From the NCBI RefSeq assembly GCF_902459465.1, contig NC_047068.1, forward strand, positions 19,530,001 to 19,594,000: 64,000 nucleotides of DNA, in the 5' to 3' direction. Both the position numbers and the translations under genes were made by a program. Positions 10,901-20,703 of this stretch are shown here, piece after piece. The DNA comes from Asterias rubens (lineage: Eukaryota). The notes under the pieces were generated by a model, which searched no databases, was not told where the DNA came from, and was given only the letters and a program-made list of their open reading frames with translations. Each line of letters starts with the position of its first letter. Position 1 is the first letter of the stretch.

Positions 10901-13900
10901 AGAGCATTTTGAGCAGTTCATTTTGTGGCAACTAGGTCGTATCTCCTTTTAGCTGAAATACAAGTTTAGAATGTCTGTATCACGCTTAAAATAACTATGA
11001 TAAACAGAAAGTCAATGGATGTTAAGATATGATGTTGCACGGAGTGTTTTCGTGCAAGAATATCAGGCCTGATACTTCATGGAGGCAACAAAGGCGATTG
11101 CCTCTATGCCCTCTGGTCATACTTGTTTCCCTAGTAATGCTACAGTAGAAGATTACAATTTCCTCATAGGGTGCCCTTAAAGACACTGGACACTATTGGT
11201 AATTGTCAAAGACTAGCCTTCACAGTTGGTGTATCTCAACATATGCATAAAATAACAAACCTGTGGAAATTCCAGCTCAATAGGTCGTCGAAGTTTTGAA
11301 ATAATAATGATAGAAGAAAACACCATTTTGGCACCATGGTCACACGGAGATGTGCTTTCAGATGCTTGATTTCTAAATCTGAGGTCTCGAAATCAAATTT
11401 GTGGAAAATTACTTCTTTCTCGAAAACTACATTACTTCAGAGGGAGCCGTTTCCCACATTGTTTTATACATGTACTATCAACAGCTCTCCTTTTATGGTT
11501 TTATGCTCATAATTATTTTGAGTAATTACCAATAGTGTCCACTGCCTTTAACCAAAGACAAAATGCCTTGGTGCCCTTGCCCTTTCAAAAACGAAGCATA
11601 CAGCCCTGGAATATACCTCTTTGTTACAGAATTAAGAACTATGACCTTGTGGTACAGACACAATGAGTTACTCTGAGATAGAAATAGGTATGTTGTTCAA
11701 TAAAAGAAACTGTTTTTTCCCAATTTTTATTCAGGCATCGTAAATTGGCAGGATGTGGCACCATCTCATCTATTGCCTTGAGAGGAGCTGGACACCAGGT
11801 GGGTGTGGTCTAAGAAGAGATGGTGGGGGGGGGGGGGGTTACCTACCTGCAATATGGCAGACCAGGGCCCAATTTCACAGAGCTGCTTTAGCAGAAACTA
11901 TTTTAAACATTTTCTGCTTAGCACAATTGAGCAGGATACCAGTCAAAAATTGAAAACAAAAATTGTGTATCGCTATAAAAGCTAAAACTATTTTACAAGT
12001 TGTAATGAGTATTATTGTTGTTCAGATTTTGTCATTAAATCAAATTTAGAGCAAAGATTTGATTTCAAAAAGAATAAAGTTCTTTGTTTGACGTAAGTTC
12101 TCGTTCCGATAGTAGCCGCGAGACTTGCACTGATTATTAAAGTCAATCTTAGCTCTTTGTGCAATCAGCACTTGCAACAGAAACAAATGTCAATTGTTTA
12201 TATAACCAAAACTCATTAAAAGCCACAGACATTTTTGTTTTTGTTTTACCTTATGACATTGGCTGTTGTGTTGAATTGCAGTTCCTGGTTGGTACAGGGA
12301 AGTCCAAGATATATCGCTTCAACCTGGCCGACTTTGAAAACGAGATCATGAGAGATTGCCATTACAGCAGTGTTGAAGATATTGCCTTCCCTTAGTAAGT
12401 TTGAAATTCATGCTATCTCTCCATTAACCTAGGCTAGGGTAGGCTAGGCTAGGATATCCCATGATCTTCTCACCATGGGGGCACCCCTTGAAGACTTGTC
12501 AATCAGCTTCTTCCATCCTTCTCGATCCTCAGATTTTCTCAGGGAGTTAGGCCCTGCATCCACTCCATGATGTTGTCCTCTCTCCTTTATCTCTGCCTGC
12601 CTCTCTTTCTTCCTTCCTCTATGTACAATGCCTTGCAGGATCGTCTTAGCAAGTCCTGTTGATCAATAAATGTGCCTATACCTCTTTAGTTTAGGGTGGC
12701 ATGGTTGGCTTGTGCGTAAAGCACTCGCCTCTCACCAAGGTGACCCCGGTTCGATACCCGGCCAGGGCCGTATGTGAGTTGAGTTGTTTTCTGCTGTCCC
12801 ACAAGGGTTTTCCAGACTATCCGTTTTTTCTCCCTCAGGAAAAATCAGACACTTTTAATCTCTGGCTGTGCTCCGTGGTCATAATGGGTTGATGTGGTTG
12901 GCAGCCAAAGGCGCCCTTGCATATTGCCTGCTTCTCGAACACGTTGTAGCCGCATCCTTCGCAATTCAGCTCTTAGTTGCGAGTAAGAATGATTAGCCTC
13001 CCAAATTATTTAGTCTGCACTTTTTCAGTTTGATTGGCAAAATGCTTGCTATGGCGTCTCTTATGGCTGAGAATTAAAGCGCGCCGGACTCGAGCTCTTG
13101 TCCAACAGAACTACATTGTATTATCATTATTATTATTGCACCAAATTTATATTTTGTATTTATTCCTCACAGCGGTTTCTCAGATCTCTTTGCAACCTGT
13201 TCCCAGAATGATATCCGTGTGTGGAATGCCAAGAACTGTAAGGATCTACTCTCCATCACAGTGCCCAATATGACTTGTCATGCCATTGAGTTCACCAGAG
13301 ATGGCAGGAGTATTGTCAGTGGTAAGGCCCAAGTTAGGAGTGGACACATTTTGGACTGTTCTTGATACAATGCAGGCCTGGACTAGACCCTTCCTATGAA
13401 ACATGTGCTAACATTAACGCATGCGTACAGACCCTATTGGTTGGCAAATGCCATAGATGTGCATCAAGTAGATGCTTGTGACAAAGTAAGTTTTTATGCT
13501 AGCAGATATTTTGAATAATCACCAATAGTGTCCAGTGACTTTAATGTAAATTTCTTATTACTTCTAGCATGGGATGACAACAAGATTCGAGTGTTCTACC
13601 CGGAGTCAGGCAAGCTCATGTACCAGATCAATGATGCCCACAATAAGAAGGTGACCGCCATTACCACCACCTCGGACTGCAGCCGCATCATCAGCGGTGG
13701 CGGGGAGGGACAGGTCCGAGTCTGGGTGATCAGCAACATGAAGGCAACACTCAAAGAGGCCATGAAGGAACATAAGGCGGCAGTCACATGCATTGTGGTC
13801 AAGAAGAATGACAGCGAGTGCATTAGTGCCAGTGATGATGGCTCCTGCATCATCTGGGATCTTAAGTAAGTCATGGTAAAAAACAATCAAACATAAAGTG

Positions 13901-16900
13901 GTTGATATGCTAATGAGTTAATAGAAAACAATCAGTCATTTACACTCAAATGGAGAATGGTTGAGCCCCAGTATATTTTAGCCTGCCCATGTAAAGTTGA
14001 GCCCGCCCCAGTTATAGTTGAGCCTGTCCAGTTATAGTTTAGCTTTCCCCAGTTATAGTTGAGCCTGTCCAGTTATAGTTGAGCTTTCCCCAGTTAGAGT
14101 TGAGCTTTCCCCAGTTAAAGTTGAGCCTGCCCTGATATATTTTAGCTTTCCCCAGTAATAGTTGAGCTTTCCCCAGTTATAGTTGAGCTTTCCCCAGTTA
14201 CAGTTGAGCTTGCCCCAGTTATAGTTGAGCTTTCCCCAGTTAAAGTTGAGCCTGCCCTGATATATTTTAGCCTTCCCCAGTAATAGTTGAGCTATCCCCA
14301 GTTATAGTTGAGCTTTCCCCAGTTATAGTTGAGCTTTCCCCAGTTGAAGTTGAGCCTGCCCTGATATATTTGAGCTTTCCCTATTAATAGTTTACCTTTC
14401 CCCAGTTATAGTTGAGCTTTCCCCAGTTATAGTTGAGCTTTCCCCAGTTAAAGTTGAGCCTGCCCTTATATATTTGAGCTTTCCCTAGTAATAGTTGACC
14501 TTTCCTCAGTTATAGTTGAGCTTTCCCCGGTTATAGTTGAGCATGCCAAGTTTTACATGTAGTTGAGCTTTCCCCAGTTATATCTGAGCCTGCCCTGTTA
14601 TAGTTATTATTATTGTTATTATTATTATTTATTCGACCAATACGAGGTACAACAAACAAGTTACAATAGCACAAGACAGAACATTAACGGGGGAAAAAAC
14701 AATTATAAAAAAGCAAGAAATAAGGAAAATAAATAGAGAATTAAATAAAAGAATAAATAAGGTTAAATTAAATTAGCTTAAATAAACTATTTGAAAAAGA
14801 AAACAAAAGCAAAAAATAAATCCAATAAGAGGGCGGCTGAGGGCGGAGCATGCAGGAGGAAAACAGAACCAAATGGGAACGAGTTGAGTGTTCCCAGGTT
14901 ATAGTTGATCCTGGTTGTTTCAGTTGAGCTTGCCCAGTTGTTGTGAAGAAACAAACATGAAACAACAATTGAAAAATGTGGGGCTTGCTTGATAATTTTT
15001 TAGAAGCTAAACTCATAGAGTGTTACTTTGATTTCCTTTCTTTTAGTCGTTTCACTCGAAGCGTCGTCATATTTGCCAGCACATTGTTCAAGTGTGTTTG
15101 CTACAACCAGGAAGAGTCTCAAGCAATTACAAGTGGCACAGATAGAAAGGTAAGACATCCAGCCAGTTACAAACAGTAATGTGTTATATGCCAATACCAA
15201 ACAACAGAATAAAAATAAGGTGATGTTCAGTGGTTGCAGCTTGATCGCTGCGCTAAACACCGACTCCCAAGGTAAAATGTGACCAGCTACGTGAAAATGA
15301 GTCAGATGTCGCCCAGATGTGTTTTTTTTTTTGTTTTTTTTTTACTTTTTAAGATCTTTAGTTGCATGGTTAACCTTTAGAACACTTACTTTTAGGCAAT
15401 AAAGCTATGAATACTCATGTCTAATTTGTATCCTTTTGCACGAAATGGCAGTTTAAAACATCACTTTGCTTGTAATTCGTTTTTCAGAAAAAAATGATGT
15501 ATTGGCTAATTTCAAACGGAAGTAACTCCGCAACGCGATACACCACAAAGCTAAAACATATACCAAATTACTCCTGTTGGTGTGTTCTTTCCAGCCATGC
15601 ATTTAACTCAATCCTTGAAATTGACAACATCTGACTCATTTTCACGTAGTGGGTCACAAATACAGTTTTGTGATCCACTCATTTTCCAATAGATAAAGTC
15701 TTTATGAGAATGGGGAAAAAAATTCCAAGACTCTAACCTCATGTTAAACATGTAAATGTCACTGTGTTGAAATTAACCGGATATTCGAATAGTTTTTTTT
15801 CCGCTAGAGGGCGCTGTTCGTTTGTGAATGAGATCGTATGGGCGGATTTATATTAGTTTTAGACAGTGTCACTCGGTTCATTCATAAAAATAACCGGATC
15901 TAATTTAAAGATGGCGATTTGCTTTTTCTTTTGATCGTGATTGACTCTACGTGAAGGAAAACTTTCGTAACCTTTGAACAAATTACGTCAGAAATGTCAT
16001 TGTTTAACTCTTCACGGAGGTGAGCATAGTTAAACACTTAATTTATGCTGTTTTATGCTGTCTTAATAGAAGTTTCGTAAGGATTCAGACAAAACATTCC
16101 TATCAGTTGTCGCCCGACGTCCGCGGATATTCGGATATTAAAAGAATATCCGGTTACATGTACTTGGTTGTAATTACAGAACTATCCAGTTTATAAATAG
16201 GTATTCGCGCCAATTGCGGATATCCGGTTAAGAAAAAAAAGGCATTCGCGGTTACGGATACGAAAACCTATTCGCCATTAACCGGATATTCGAAAAATTC
16301 GCCAAGGCCTAGTCACGGCAGCGGATGTCAATTTAGAAACAGCCTTAGTCCCCTTGGCTCTTACATAGACCCATAATCTTGGTCATGTTCCCATGTATCA
16401 AGTAACAGCAATGGATGTTAATATTCATTGTACAGAAAGGAACCAGACTGTTTCTCCTTCCATCGCCGGTTTGGTTACCTTGATTTGAATGGGAGAAGAT
16501 CAAGATGGCCGCACCATGATTACAATAAGGTATACATGTAGTAGCACTGAGCTGCTTCAACTCATCCGCTTAAAATAATTTAGCCTATTTTTTTTTCTGT
16601 GTGTGATCAGATTGGGTACTGGGAAGCATTCAATGCCAGTCAGATTCGTGAAGTGGATGGATCTAAGACTGGCGCTGTGAATGGTATGATGGTGTCGCCA
16701 GACGGCCAACACTTTGTGACATGCGGTGATGACAAACTCATTAAGGTAAATAAAGAGGGGATATTGAGCACTGTGGGGTGTCATGGCCGAGTGGATAAGA
16801 GCAGCGAACTCAAGCTCTGGTGTTTTTGTTTACAATTGTTGAATCTTTTCCCAGATGAGCGTTCACATGAAGTCAATGGTGTGATACCTAATGGGTACAG

Positions 16901-17598
16901 AAGAACCAATGTGGGGTCTTTTACACAATTGAACAACGAACCCAACAAGGGAATTCTTTGTTCAACCAAGACCCCAAATAGGAGTTCTTTACAAAAGGGC
17001 ATAATAGAACAACAATATCAGGACCCCACAAACCAGATCCGTAAGGTTGTTCTGCTCATGTGTGTGTGTGGAATTAAATTTTACATTAGCAAAATTAGTA
17101 AGGGTTTTCAATAGTAGTAATAATACTCTAGGGCTCTAATTTTACTCTGATCTGGGGCTGATTTTACAAAGCAATAAATCTCATCTTAAGACAAATTGTC
17201 AGTATTACCATGGTAATTGGTATAGTGACATCATACTTTACTTAGCAACTGCGATTGATATGCAGCTTAAATCAAACTTAGCTTATTGTGAAATCGGCCC
17301 CTTATCTAGGGCTTTATCTACACCAGATGAATTTCACAAAGTGTACCACACCTGTTGAAAGTCCTAACCTCTACGTAGAAAAAACATACGTCTTTTCATA
17401 CGAGTGTTACCTTTTTGTTTTTGTTTGTCACAGGTGTGGAATTATGAGGAAGGTAGTGTGACCCACGTTGGAATCGGCCACAGTGGAGAGGTGAACAAAC
17501 TTCGTATCTGCCCGAACCAGAAGACCATCGTCAGTGTCAGCAAAGACGGTGCCATCCTTTGCTGGAAGTACCCCCATGGCTCCACTGATAACTATTGA
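4974..17598 (+). CDS. CFAP52: Cilia- and flagella-associated protein 52 (WDR16), WD40 repeat protein; join(4974..5046,7396..7595,8302..8567,8977..9076,10242..10459,11735..11798,12282..12394,13173..13321,13568..13865,15047..15149,16611..16745,17434..17598), 627 aa
   Basis: All 11 introns are GT-AG and the exons sum to 1884 nt. The peptide is collinear with vertebrate CFAP52: LELISMTGFNG, YIASGQVTYMGFK, SLGGQDDGSVVVW, TVPNMTCHAI, ISGGGEGQVRVW, VSVSKDGAILCWKYP. Confidence 0.97.
5458..6617. mobile_element. Long-TIR non-autonomous DNA transposon in CFAP52 intron 1 (host of a nested insertion)
   Basis: Left arm gcactaaataccgacaactcac...tttaacagagcatttga is the reverse complement of right arm tcaaatgttctgttaaag...gtgagttgtcggtatttagtgc. 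Confidence 0.7.
5495..5966. mobile_element. Nested hAT- or Mutator-type MITE with subterminal gtcaactc repeats
   Basis: TIRs ggtcctactacttgccgtcaactcgcc / ggcgagttgacggcaagtagtaggacc. Direct repeat (c)ctcacgac at 5486/7-5494 and 5966/7-5974 is an 8-9-bp TSD. Confidence 0.8.
6646..6811. mobile_element. Short MITE
   Basis: TIRs ggtttatcgcga / tcgcaataaacc; internal gagagggcgctg motif. Confidence 0.55.
8622..8932. mobile_element. Kolobok-type MITE family B, internally deleted copy (full copy at 28903-29246)
   Basis: ttaa-aggaacacgttgccttggatcggacgag start, shared with the 28903-29246 copy, which has the complementary end cgatccaaggcaatgtgttcct-ttaa. Confidence 0.7.
9312..9698. mobile_element. 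Kolobok-type MITE family A (about 380 bp; at least 11 copies in the window)
   Basis: TTAA-AG...CT-TTAA ends with TIR agacagtggtcactattggtaatt / aattaccaatagtgttcactgcct. TTAA TSD with RR..YY termini is the Kolobok signature, unlike piggyBac CCY..RGG. Confidence 0.8.
9934..10124. mobile_element. MITE with tattgaccc termini (other copies 41735-41860, 45263-45487)
   Basis: TIR tattgaccc / gggtcaata and shared internal cttgcacgcacgtcac...gatgacgtcaggtgaa in three copies. Confidence 0.7.
10568..10730 (+). mobile_element. Dispersed repeat carrying a degenerate minimal type-I hammerhead ribozyme, a histone 3' stem-loop and an HDE-like motif (probable retroelement terminus)
   Basis: tctc-cgagaga-t-gagtag-agtata-ctgttg-gaaa-cgtt-gaga, then ggctct-tttc-agagcc (10617-10632), then actcattagagatt, ending caccatgcaaagcttcaaa. 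Homologous segments occur at 34081-34205(-), 20950-21015(-) and 21654-21699(-). Confidence 0.7.
10617..10632 (+). ncRNA. Histone-type 3' stem-loop inside CFAP52 intron 5, with no histone ORF upstream
   Basis: Identical 16-mer ggctcttttcagagcc to the H4 (60389) and H3 (62887) stem-loops, with matching flanks (aacc before, aacac after). Confidence 0.8.
11177..11551. mobile_element. Kolobok-type MITE family A nested in a caggcc-terminated MITE (about 11065-11607)
   Basis: TTAA at both ends; host MITE sequence (cctcatagggtgccc / ccaaagacaaaatgccttggtgccc) continues on either side. Confidence 0.8.
12428..12665 (-). mobile_element. 3' end of an RTE-clade LINE with (TAGCC)n tail
   Basis: Minus strand encodes TGLAKTILQGIVHRGRKK...EDNIMEW...LRKSEDREGWKKLI (frameshifted), the RTE ORF C-terminus, followed by a cctag repeat tail. 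Confidence 0.8.
12694..13010 (+). mobile_element. tRNA-derived SINE (second full copy 36641-37001; head-only copy 36486-36610)
   Basis: A-box-like tggcatggttgg, B box ggttcgatacc, body closely matching 36641-37001, AT-rich (att)n tail. Confidence 0.8.
13961..14603. repeat. 21-bp minisatellite (ttgagctttccccagttatag)n, about 30 units, in CFAP52 intron 9
   Basis: Directly visible tandem units with variants (cctgccctgatatatttt) recurring every few units; degenerate units resume at 14891-14940. Confidence 0.92.
14604..14890 (-). mobile_element. AT-rich retroposon 3' tail inserted in the minisatellite
   Basis: (tta)n tail abutting the array, with array units resuming after 14890 (gttatagtt on both sides). 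Confidence 0.45.
15278..15658. mobile_element. MITE
   Basis: TIR tgtgaccagctacgtgaaaatgagtcagatgt / acatctgactcattttcacgtagtgggtcaca. Confidence 0.75.
15770..16312. mobile_element. Truncated DNA transposon with subterminal accggatattcg repeats and a CTCF-type motif
   Basis: Multiple ccggatat(t)c / cggatatccgg repeats; one end aattcgccaaggccta; ccgctagagggcgctg at 15801-15816. Confidence 0.5.
16860..17070 (-). mobile_element. Possible degraded non-LTR retrotransposon RT C-terminal fragment
   Basis: Frameshifted minus-strand peptides PYGSGLWG and FCKELLFGV resemble the YGSE.WG...FCK.ILGV region of LINE ORF2. Confidence 0.35.
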
Positions 17599-20500
17599 GG
17601 GAGATGATTCTTTGAATATATCGTAGGGACAGACAGGGGAACTTTTTCGATTGGGAAGGGGGGGGGGGTGTCCAAGTCATTGGGTATGTCGGAAGGTGGG
17701 TGTTTAAAAAAAAAAAATTGCCATGGTTCTATATTGTGACACATGAAATGGAGTCCATTAAGAAAACTAAATGACAAAAGGGTTAGCAAGGCGTTAAAAG
17801 TAATCAGAGCAGGTTCAAAGTGTTGTCTGATGTAAGGGTGAATCAAGACACTAGATGTGGTTGCAATTCACAAAGAAATGTTCGATCAATTTACATGACT
17901 TGTTTCCAAAGACAATGCAGAAAGAGAAATTTCATTGTCAGTAGTGCCTTCAAAAATATCATCACTTAAATGGTCTCTGTTTAAATTTACTTCCAAAAGG
18001 TTATCTGAAGAATTGCGATGCACTAATGATATTATACAAAACTTGACTGTTTTGATTGCTATGGTTAAAACTACAACTCCCGAGGTGATCATCTGCGCAT
18101 TTTGTTTTTCCCAAGGCAAAGTCGAGGGAAAATGGAGTGGAGTCCTAGTTTTAACCATAGCTTGAGTAAAAGCAGTACATATTTGTTTTACAACACCTCT
18201 TAAATTATTGTGCCTAGATGTCAAGTTACTCAAAAATTGCTGTTGCTATGGGAATAGAACTTTTGTTGATATGTGAAAGCATATTGTTGCTACGACGATA
18301 GTACATTGTTTGCTGCATGTAAGTTGCATGGTTTCTAGTAATAATAAGACGTCAGGTGACATGTTTTAGGCAGGGCCTTTGTTAGGGGTGTTATGTCTAT
18401 GAATGTGTTATGCTGACTGCACATAATGTCACTGTTTCCCCTGCCAATTCAAATGTGAAGGGGCTACCCACCTCTTTGCTTTCACTGACCACTTTGTTGT
18501 GGAGATTTATCATTGAGTTAATAGTATACTTGCAAATATTGTTTATATTGTGTCATTTATGACCTTGCTCCTTGACCTCTATCCATCAAGAACTGTGATT
18601 GTGATGTGTACAGCATTCTTGTCAGTTTGCAGACTCTGTACATTTGGCTTTAATCTTCAATTTAAACAATTACTTTTTTCCAGAAAGTTTTCAAAAAGTA
18701 AAGTACTTGTCTTTTTGACTTCATTGTGATGTCAGTTCACCAGCCAGGGAAACTTATGGTACCTACGTACACAATGAAGTCAGAAAGAAAAGAACTTTAG
18801 TTTTTTAAACAGTCTGGAAACTGAACCACTTTAATTTTGCCCATTCCAGGCTCAGTACACTAGCCTAGAGAAATAAAACCAGGGTACAGCATTTGTATGT
18901 ATATTTACATTGAGATGCCTGGCAAGTATCATTTCCTTTGATAGTGCCACTTTAACTATCAGTCCGTCCATGTTAGTATTTTTTTACTTAAAAATATACG
19001 TCCATGATTCTGTCAAGAATTAACTAGCAGCAAGAAATAATTACAATTAATAAATGTTTTGCTTACTGATTTATTTTCTTCTTGGAAGCACTCAATTAAA
19101 GTTTAATTTACTGGTAACACAAATAAAATTAACAGGTATTTGACAGATATTTATGATTTGTTTTGTACATAATTGCTTTATTGCTACTTTTGGGACGTTT
19201 GTAAATGCTTGCTTCAATTTATTCAGCTCTCGTTGGAAAAATCCGTCCCATTTTCTACTCTTATTATTAAATTCCTGTATCCGTCCAAATATTCATTACT
19301 AATGTAAAAAATGTAATGGGTGTCGATGATAACATTATTACGCACTTATTGTAAAAATATCTGTGGCCTTTCTTTTTCTTCTGATCAATTTAATTCCATG
19401 TATTGATCATTTTGTTCGTAATAAATTAATTGATTTTGAGAGATAATAGTTTAGTTTGTACATTTACTTGCGATAATAAAAACATGTATTATTAACGGGT
19501 TCTCTGATGTAATAAACTTGGGCATTTGCCATTGTGTCTTCAAACAGGTCAAATGTGGTTATTATTTTGGGTACAATTTTTTATATATGAAAAGTGTGTT
19601 AAGGTTAAATACAAGCTCAAATTGAAAACAAAGAATCGATTAATTGAAATTCACAAAACACCTTTGAAGATCATTTACAAAAAGATAACATAATCAATTT
19701 GAATTTGTTTTCATTTATTACAGTATTCTATTTGTACATTTACAGTTATAAATATTTACATTAAAGAAATTCAATTGGAAACTGATAATTGATTGTTAAG
19801 CAACACATGTAGTTTGCTTGACATTCAAACCTGCCTCAATTGAGGCGACAAAGCAAAGTCGCTGTGTTTGCTACGGTTCCACCTAAAGTTTCCCCCCGTT
19901 TTTTAATTTCATTTAAAATAAATTGTCCATGTTCTCTTTTTTTTTTTTAGTTTAAACTTTCTAATGCCTTCATTAGAGTCTAAAAATTAGTTTGTTCACC
20001 CTATCCCTCTGAAATGGGTTAAATTTGTTTTTGACTTGTTCAGGCTTTAACTTTATCTACTGAGTCTTCCTGTCTAATATAACCAAAGTTAAATGTCTTT
20101 ACTTGAAGTAAAGAAAAGCCCCTGCTGTATTTATGATGTTTCAGTAATCAATCAGACAATGCAAGAAAGATTAAAATTGGACCGCTTTAATCAACGGGCA
20201 TGATACTTTTCCTACTAAAGTATGAATTCAATGTTTTGGGAAAAAGTCTGGTAGAAAGAGAATGCAGTCGCATTAAATAAACTCAGTATGAGTGATTTCT
20301 GCCATGAAGTAGGATCCTACAACCGATAAGTCTGTGCAATTGTATTGTAAAAGTTAAATGGCTTTTGTTGCAAGGCATTTTACTGAAACCTTGTTAACAC
20401 CATACCGTTTTACAAGGTTTAGTTGGTGGACATGCAGTTTGTGAAAACAAATCCAACCACTTAATTCAACAGCCTGTTACATACATTGCATCAAGTCTTT

Positions 20501-20703
20501 GGTAGAATTTGTTAGCAAATGAAATAACTAGCTTAAGGACCACTCACTCATATTTAGGTACTCATATTCAAGGATATTCAACAATAAAATGATCTATTGG
20601 CATAGTAAGGAGTTCAAAATCACCATATGTCACATAAAATTGCACTTAAAGGTTATAACAGATTCCAGCCTTAAAAACACCAGCAGAGCATTGACTGGTC
20701 TCA

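Noticed and set aside
12694-12770. tRNA gene (also 16776, 36486, 36641, 39108, 45170, 49915, 51835)
   Set aside because: A/B boxes are present but there is no complete cloverleaf or acceptor stem, and each continues into a repeated body; these are SINE heads.
16746-17114. Extension of the 171-aa ORF beyond CFAP52 exon 11
   Set aside because: Read-through into the intron past a good donor (aag|gtaaat); homology resumes at 17434.
17886-18233. Overlapping ORFs after the CFAP52 stop
   Set aside because: Lie in the probable 3'UTR; no homology recognised.
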